DNA of 36,619 nt from a bacterium (GTDB lineage: Bacteria > Patescibacteriota > Minisyncoccia > Phycocordibacterales > Phycocordibacteraceae): contig OMJE01000023.1 in the NCBI GenBank assembly GCA_900299275.1, forward strand, positions 1 to 36,619. The letters run 5' to 3'. This document shows, one piece after another, positions 32,339 through 36,619 of the stretch (position 1 is the first letter of the stretch; each line of letters begins with the position of its first letter). Below the pieces are notes generated by a model that saw nothing but the letters and a program-made list of their open reading frames with translations, did not search any database and was not told the origin of the DNA. A program made the position numbers and the translations under genes.

Positions 32339-32890
32339 ATGGCATACGATTTCACACCACTCAAAAATAATATTAAGGAAACTGAAGAATGGCTTTCGCG
32401 CGAGCTTTCTGGAGTTCGTACGGGGCGCGCGACGCCGACCCTGCTTGATACCGTAAAACCGGAAGCATATGGCACTCGTATGCCGATCTCGCAGATCGCA
32501 AACGTGGCAGTGGAGGATGCGCGTACGTTACGCGTCGTTCCGTGGGACCTGGCGCTCGCAAAGGAGATCGAGCGCGCAATCACAGAGGCGGACCTCGGTG
32601 TTGGTGTCTCCACGGACGCACAGGGTCTGCGGGTATCATTTCCCGAGCTTACGGGTGAGCGACGCGCTCAGCTCGGCAAGATCGCCGGCGACAAGACCGA
32701 GCAAGCACGCATAACACTTCGTGGTCACCGTACCGAAGCCCTTAAGCTTCTCGACGAATCCAAAAAACAGGGCGGCATGGGCGATGATGAGCATATCCGG
32801 CTCAAGGAGGAGGTCCAGAAACTTATCGATGCGGGAAATGAAAAGCTCGCGCAGCTACTTACCAAGAAGGAGGAGGAGATAGCTGAATAA
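32339..32890 (+). CDS. frr: ribosome recycling factor
   Basis: ELSGVRTGRATPTLLD...PISQIANVAVEDARTL...DLGV...LRVSFPELTGERR. TATAGT (32327-32332) lies 6 nt upstream of the ATG. Confidence 0.9.
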   Translation: MAYDFTPLKNNIKETEEWLSRELSGVRTGRATPTLLDTVKPEAYGTRMPISQIANVAVEDARTLRVVPWDLALAKEIERAITEADLGVGVSTDAQGLRVSFPELTGERRAQLGKIAGDKTEQARITLRGHRTEALKLLDESKKQGGMGDDEHIRLKEEVQKLIDAGNEKLAQLLTKKEEEIAE

Positions 32891-32896
32891 GCGCAC

Positions 32897-34003
32897 ATGA
32901 CGATCATTACGCTCATTGTCGTCATCGTTGCGCTCGTCGTCGTTCACGAGTTCGGACATTTCATTGCCGCGAAGCTTTTTGGCATGCGTGTGGATGAATT
33001 TGGTCTCGGCTATCCGCCGCGCGCGCTTACCATTGGCAAAAAAGGCGACACGCTCTATACACTCAATTGGCTCCCGTTTGGCGGATTTGTGAAGATTCAT
33101 GGCGAGGAAGAACTGCTGGAGCTAGATCACGCGCAGTCGAGTCCGCGGTCTTTTATGTCAAAGAATCGCTTTGCCCAAGGCGTCGTGCTCTCTGCCGGCA
33201 TCGTGATGAATATAGTGTTTGCCTATGTGCTGCTTGCTTCGGCGCTTGCGCTCGGCATGCCACGGGCACTTTCGAGCAATGAGCTCGCACAGGCAAGGCA
33301 ATTAGAGCGTATGGTCACGCGAGTGATGCCTGATTCGCCCGCTGCACGCGCAGGATTGGTAGCTGGCGACGTCATCAAACGGGCTGCAACGGCGCAGAAT
33401 GCGTGGGATGCAAAAGGCGCAGCGACTTTTGTCACATTCGTCACTGAGACACATGGGTTGCCTATTGCGCTTGCGCTTAAGCGCGGCGGAAGTGATGTTT
33501 CAATCACCGTGACGCCCGCGCAGGGCGTAGTCCAAACCGACGCATCGCGCTATGCCATTGGCATTGAAGTAACGGATGTGGGCATTGTGCGGCGTTCACT
33601 GGGTGCATCGATTGTGGAAGGATTTTGGATGACCGTCGATATGGTGCGGCTTACGGCAGAAGGACTTGCCAATTTCTTTACGGGAATCTTAACGCTGTCG
33701 GCGAATTTAGCTGATGTTTCTGGTCCTGTGGGTATGGCAGGCGCAGTCGGCGCAGCGCAGGCTGATGGTATTGGTAGCCTGCTCTCACTAGTTGCAATTA
33801 TTTCAATCAACCTTGCGCTCATCAATCTTATTCCGGTACCGGCACTCGATGGAGGACGCTTGCTCTTTGTGATTGTGGAAGCGATTACACGAAGACGCAT
33901 CAAGCCGCGTGTCGCACAGACGATGAATAGCGTGGGCTTTGTGTTCCTGGTGCTGCTCATGGTGGCAGTTACGGTACACGATATCTTCAAATTATTTTCA
34001 TAA
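32897..34003 (+). CDS. rseP: RIP metalloprotease RseP (site-2 protease, M50 family) with PDZ domain
   Basis: HEFGHFIAAKLFGMRV (HExxH), a PDZ-like SPAARAGLVAGDVI, and NLALINLIPVPALDGGRL. Confidence 0.85.
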   Translation: MTIITLIVVIVALVVVHEFGHFIAAKLFGMRVDEFGLGYPPRALTIGKKGDTLYTLNWLPFGGFVKIHGEEELLELDHAQSSPRSFMSKNRFAQGVVLSAGIVMNIVFAYVLLASALALGMPRALSSNELAQARQLERMVTRVMPDSPAARAGLVAGDVIKRAATAQNAWDAKGAATFVTFVTETHGLPIALALKRGGSDVSITVTPAQGVVQTDASRYAIGIEVTDVGIVRRSLGASIVEGFWMTVDMVRLTAEGLANFFTGILTLSANLADVSGPVGMAGAVGAAQADGIGSLLSLVAIISINLALINLIPVPALDGGRLLFVIVEAITRRRIKPRVAQTMNSVGFVFLVLLMVAVTVHDIFKLFS

Positions 34004-34062
34004 GCCTATACAACAAGAAAGCCGCCTCCACGACTTTCTTGTCGTAAAGGCGGCCGGCGCTG

Positions 34063-34656
34063 TCAGCAGCGTGCACTCGCGTAGTTCTCGCGCTCCTGTG
34101 AACTGGCCATGTGAATTGCGGCACGCACGACGTCGTCGAGCGTGTGGTAGACCGGGAAGCTGTCGCCGAGGGCAAGGCGGAACGACTCGCGAATCATATC
34201 GCTACTCGGAAATCCGTCCTGTACGCCAACAACGACGCGCAGCGAGGAATCGCGGACAAGATGTCCACGCCACTCGCCGAGCGTATGCAAGGCATAGTGA
34301 TTTCCGTCACGCATGAGATCAGCTACGCTCGCGCGCGGGAGCCAAAACACAAGCGCGCCACGAGGAGCGTCCTCAGCAGCGCGCAACATGTAATGCCGCT
34401 CCCATGCTAGCTGCGAAGTGAAGTCCGACGGTCCATCGAGACACTGTCCGAAGGCAGCGTGCCCGATGTGATAGGCTGCGAGATTTGCGATGACACACGG
34501 GGAACTCGCTGCAAGCAGCTTGTTCAAACCGGATTGCCAATCGTTGTCTCCCAGGATGGGGCCATGCAGAAAATAAAAAGGATATCTCCGCAGACTCCAG
34601 ATATTGGGCCGAACAAGCGGGGGAATGATGTGGGCAAGGAACCGATTCTCGGGCAC
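34063..34656 (-). CDS. hypothetical protein, possibly nucleoside 2-deoxyribosyltransferase-like (Rossmann-like)
   Basis: By eye, FYFLHGPILGDNDWQ..., QLAWERHYMLRAA..., ALVFWLP..., HTLGEWRGHLV... and RVVVGV follow the pattern I associate with Nuc_deoxyri_tr2-type proteins. This gene is GC-richer and on the opposite strand to its housekeeping neighbours. The assignment is tentative. Confidence 0.45.
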   Translation of the reverse strand: MPENRFLAHIIPPLVRPNIWSLRRYPFYFLHGPILGDNDWQSGLNKLLAASSPCVIANLAAYHIGHAAFGQCLDGPSDFTSQLAWERHYMLRAAEDAPRGALVFWLPRASVADLMRDGNHYALHTLGEWRGHLVRDSSLRVVVGVQDGFPSSDMIRESFRLALGDSFPVYHTLDDVVRAAIHMASSQERENYASARC

Positions 34657-34745
34657 GGGAACTACGCCTCCTATTTTGCGCGGTACTTATAATGAACGAT
34701 CTGCGCACTACTATAGCGTATTTTGCGGGTCCTGCGCAGAAGGCG

Positions 34746-34751
34746 TATAAT
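34746..34751 (+). promoter_or_regulatory. -10 box TATAAT 6 nt upstream of the proS ATG (leaderless-type start)
   Basis: GCGTATAAT-tccggc-ATG. Confidence 0.45.
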
Positions 34752-34757
34752 TCCGGC

Positions 34758-35996
34758 ATGCGCCAATCTAAACTGTTCTCAAAAACACGACGAGAAGCTC
34801 CTTCCGATGAAGTCGCTAAGAATGCTCAATTACTCATACGCGCTGGGTACATCCATAAAGAGATGGCTGGAGTTTATTCCTACTTGCCGCTTGGACTACG
34901 AACGCTTAACAATATTGCAGCGATTATCCGTGCTGAAATGAATGCGCTTGGCGGACAAGAGCTCTTTATGACCGCGCTTCAGGATAAAGAGGTTTGGAGC
35001 CGTACCGATCGCTGGGATGATGAGAAAGTAGATATTTGGTTTAAGACCAGTTTTAAAAGTGGCGGCGAAACAGGGCTTGCGATCACGCATGAAGAACCTT
35101 TGACCCGCATCATGTCCGAGCATGTATCGTCGTATCGCGATCTTCCAGTGCTCGCGTATCAATTTCAAACGAAATTTCGTAATGAATTGCGAGCAAAAAG
35201 CGGTGTGATGCGAGGCAAGGAGTTTTTGATGAAGGATCTGTATTCATTTGCGAAAAATGATGAGGAGCATAAGGCGGTCTATAGTAAAGTTCGTGACGCC
35301 TATAAACGCATATTTGCGAAAATGGGTATTGGCGATAAAACCTTTGTTACGTTTGCGTCAGGTGGACTCTTCAGTCAATTTTCAGAAGAGTTTCAGACAC
35401 TGTCGGATGCCGGCGAGGACGTGATCTACGTTGACGAAGAAAAGAAGCTCGCCGTGAACAAAGAAGTGTATACGGATGAGAATCTCGCAAAGCTTGGCCT
35501 CTCAAAAGATGTACTGACTGAACAAAAAGCCATCGAGGTGGGCAACATTTTTAGCCTCGGTACGCGCTTTTCTTCACAACTCGGTCTCACGTACACCACG
35601 GAGACTGGAGCAAAGGAGCCAGTGGTTATGGGCAGTTATGGCATCGGCCCTACGCGGCTTCTTGGAGTCATTGTGGAACTTCTGGCGGATGAAAAAGGGC
35701 TCGTGTGGCCGGAACATATCAGTCCCTACGAATATCACATTGTGTCGGTCAATCAGGATGAGGACATTGTGAAGACGGCCGATGAACTTTACGATGATAT
35801 GGTACGTAACGGCATCGAAGTGCTCTACGATGATCGACAGGTATCCGCTGGACAGAAATTTGCAGAAAGCGATCTGCTCGGCATTACTAGGCGGATTGTG
35901 GTTGGGCGCGATGCGGTGGCAACAGACATGTTTGAAGTGGTCGACCGCGCCACAGGCGCCATCACGAAAGTGGCGCGTGCTGAACTGACGCGATAG
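34758..35996 (+). CDS. proS: proline--tRNA ligase, bacterial-type catalytic core without the INS editing domain
   Basis: MRQSKLFSKTRREAPSDEV..LLIRAGYIHKEMAGVYSYLPLGLR, motif 2 FRNELRAKSGVMRGKEFLMKD, motif 3 GSYGIGPTRLLG, and a C-terminal anticodon-binding domain. It is only 412 aa. Confidence 0.9.
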   Translation: MRQSKLFSKTRREAPSDEVAKNAQLLIRAGYIHKEMAGVYSYLPLGLRTLNNIAAIIRAEMNALGGQELFMTALQDKEVWSRTDRWDDEKVDIWFKTSFKSGGETGLAITHEEPLTRIMSEHVSSYRDLPVLAYQFQTKFRNELRAKSGVMRGKEFLMKDLYSFAKNDEEHKAVYSKVRDAYKRIFAKMGIGDKTFVTFASGGLFSQFSEEFQTLSDAGEDVIYVDEEKKLAVNKEVYTDENLAKLGLSKDVLTEQKAIEVGNIFSLGTRFSSQLGLTYTTETGAKEPVVMGSYGIGPTRLLGVIVELLADEKGLVWPEHISPYEYHIVSVNQDEDIVKTADELYDDMVRNGIEVLYDDRQVSAGQKFAESDLLGITRRIVVGRDAVATDMFEVVDRATGAITKVARAELTR

Positions 35997-36001
35997 TGGG
36001 C

Positions 36002-36619
36002 ATGAAGAAATTTTCCACCAACTCACTCTTTAGCAGCGACGTAGCTATTGACCTCGGAACTGCCCATACGCTCGTCTATGTGCGCGGGCGCGGCATAATG
36101 ATCACGGAACCAACGGTCGTTGCTGTGAATGAAAAGACCAATCAGGTGGTGGCCGTGGGCCATGCAGCTAAAGTGATGCTTGGTAAAACACCGGCGCACA
36201 TTCGCACGGTACGCCCACTTTCTCATGGAGTGATTTCTGACTTTGAGGTGACCCAGGAATTGCTCACGTATTTCATCAATAAAGCGCTCGGGGGAAGGTC
36301 AAAACTGTTTGGGCCGCGCGTGGTGGTGGGCGTGCCTACGGGCGTTACGAACGTGCAGAGCCGCGCCGTTCGCGATGCGGCAAAAAATGCAGGCGCTCGT
36401 GAAGCGATTATTGTGGAGGAACCAATTGCGGGCGCTATAGGTGCAAAATTACCCGTGACTGATGCTGTGGGCACTATGGTGCTCGACATTGGTGGCGGCA
36501 CCACAGATATCGCCGTTATCTCGCTGAATGCTGCCGTAGCATCGAAGAGCTCGCATGTGGCGGGCGATCGCTTCAACGAGAATATTATTGATTACGTACG
36601 GAATGAATTTAAGCTTGGC
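36002..36619 (+). CDS. mreB: MreB paralogue 2 (5' part; ORF runs off the right window edge)
   Basis: ATG at 36002, followed by 206 sense codons to the end of the window. Motifs AIDLGTAHTLVYV, TEPTVVAV, PLSHGVISDF, VPTGVTNVQSRAV, EEPIAGAIGA, LDIGGGTTDIAVISL. It is not in the track because it has no stop. Confidence 0.85.
   Translation, partial: MKKFSTNSLFSSDVAIDLGTAHTLVYVRGRGIMITEPTVVAVNEKTNQVVAVGHAAKVMLGKTPAHIRTVRPLSHGVISDFEVTQELLTYFINKALGGRSKLFGPRVVVGVPTGVTNVQSRAVRDAAKNAGAREAIIVEEPIAGAIGAKLPVTDAVGTMVLDIGGGTTDIAVISLNAAVASKSSHVAGDRFNENIIDYVRNEFKLG

Noticed and set aside
1-36619. CRISPR arrays, transposases or IS ends, rRNA, and recoded stop codons (UGA as sense, as in some candidate phyla).
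   Set aside because: I saw no regularly spaced repeats and no transposase or integrase motifs. Genes with well-known lengths end at TGA where expected (murA, the 354-aa gene), and ORFs are intact under the standard code.

Overview
This is 36.6 kb of a compact, gene-dense bacterial chromosome. It holds about 55 protein genes and one tRNA. I saw no rRNA, CRISPR array, transposase or integrase. The core content covers several functions. Cell envelope and shape genes are GT2, GT4, DedA, PAP2, MltG, MurA, two MreB paralogues and RseP. Translation genes are def-fmt, frr, hpf, proS, tsaC and tRNA-Asn. There are also redox genes (peroxiredoxin, glutaredoxin-like), an ABC-2 exporter and MscL. Accessory genes are interspersed. 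Three paralogous multi-TM sensor histidine kinases occur with no response regulator in the window, and the middle copy has Arg where the phospho-acceptor His should be. There are two unrelated SET-domain proteins. A LexA/UmuD-hybrid repressor sits 1 nt upstream of a UmuC-like Y-family polymerase. Other accessory genes are a 354-aa protein with a RelE/ParE-like C-terminus, an HNH nuclease, a deaminase, a possible nucleoside 2-deoxyribosyltransferase-like protein and several orphan ORFs. Three sequence-level peculiarities stand out. Many housekeeping genes have a TATACT-like -10 box 6-8 nt upstream of the ATG (predicted leaderless mRNAs), while accessory genes carry strong AGGAGG-type SD sites. 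Convergent genes overlap by 4 nt at their stop codons three times. A ~120-nt strongly structured non-coding element lies between the murA operon and def. Gene content and style suggest a small-genome uncultivated bacterium (Patescibacteria/CPR-like), but that is inference. I cannot prove a single new multi-gene system from sequence alone. The best candidates are ranked in the findings.
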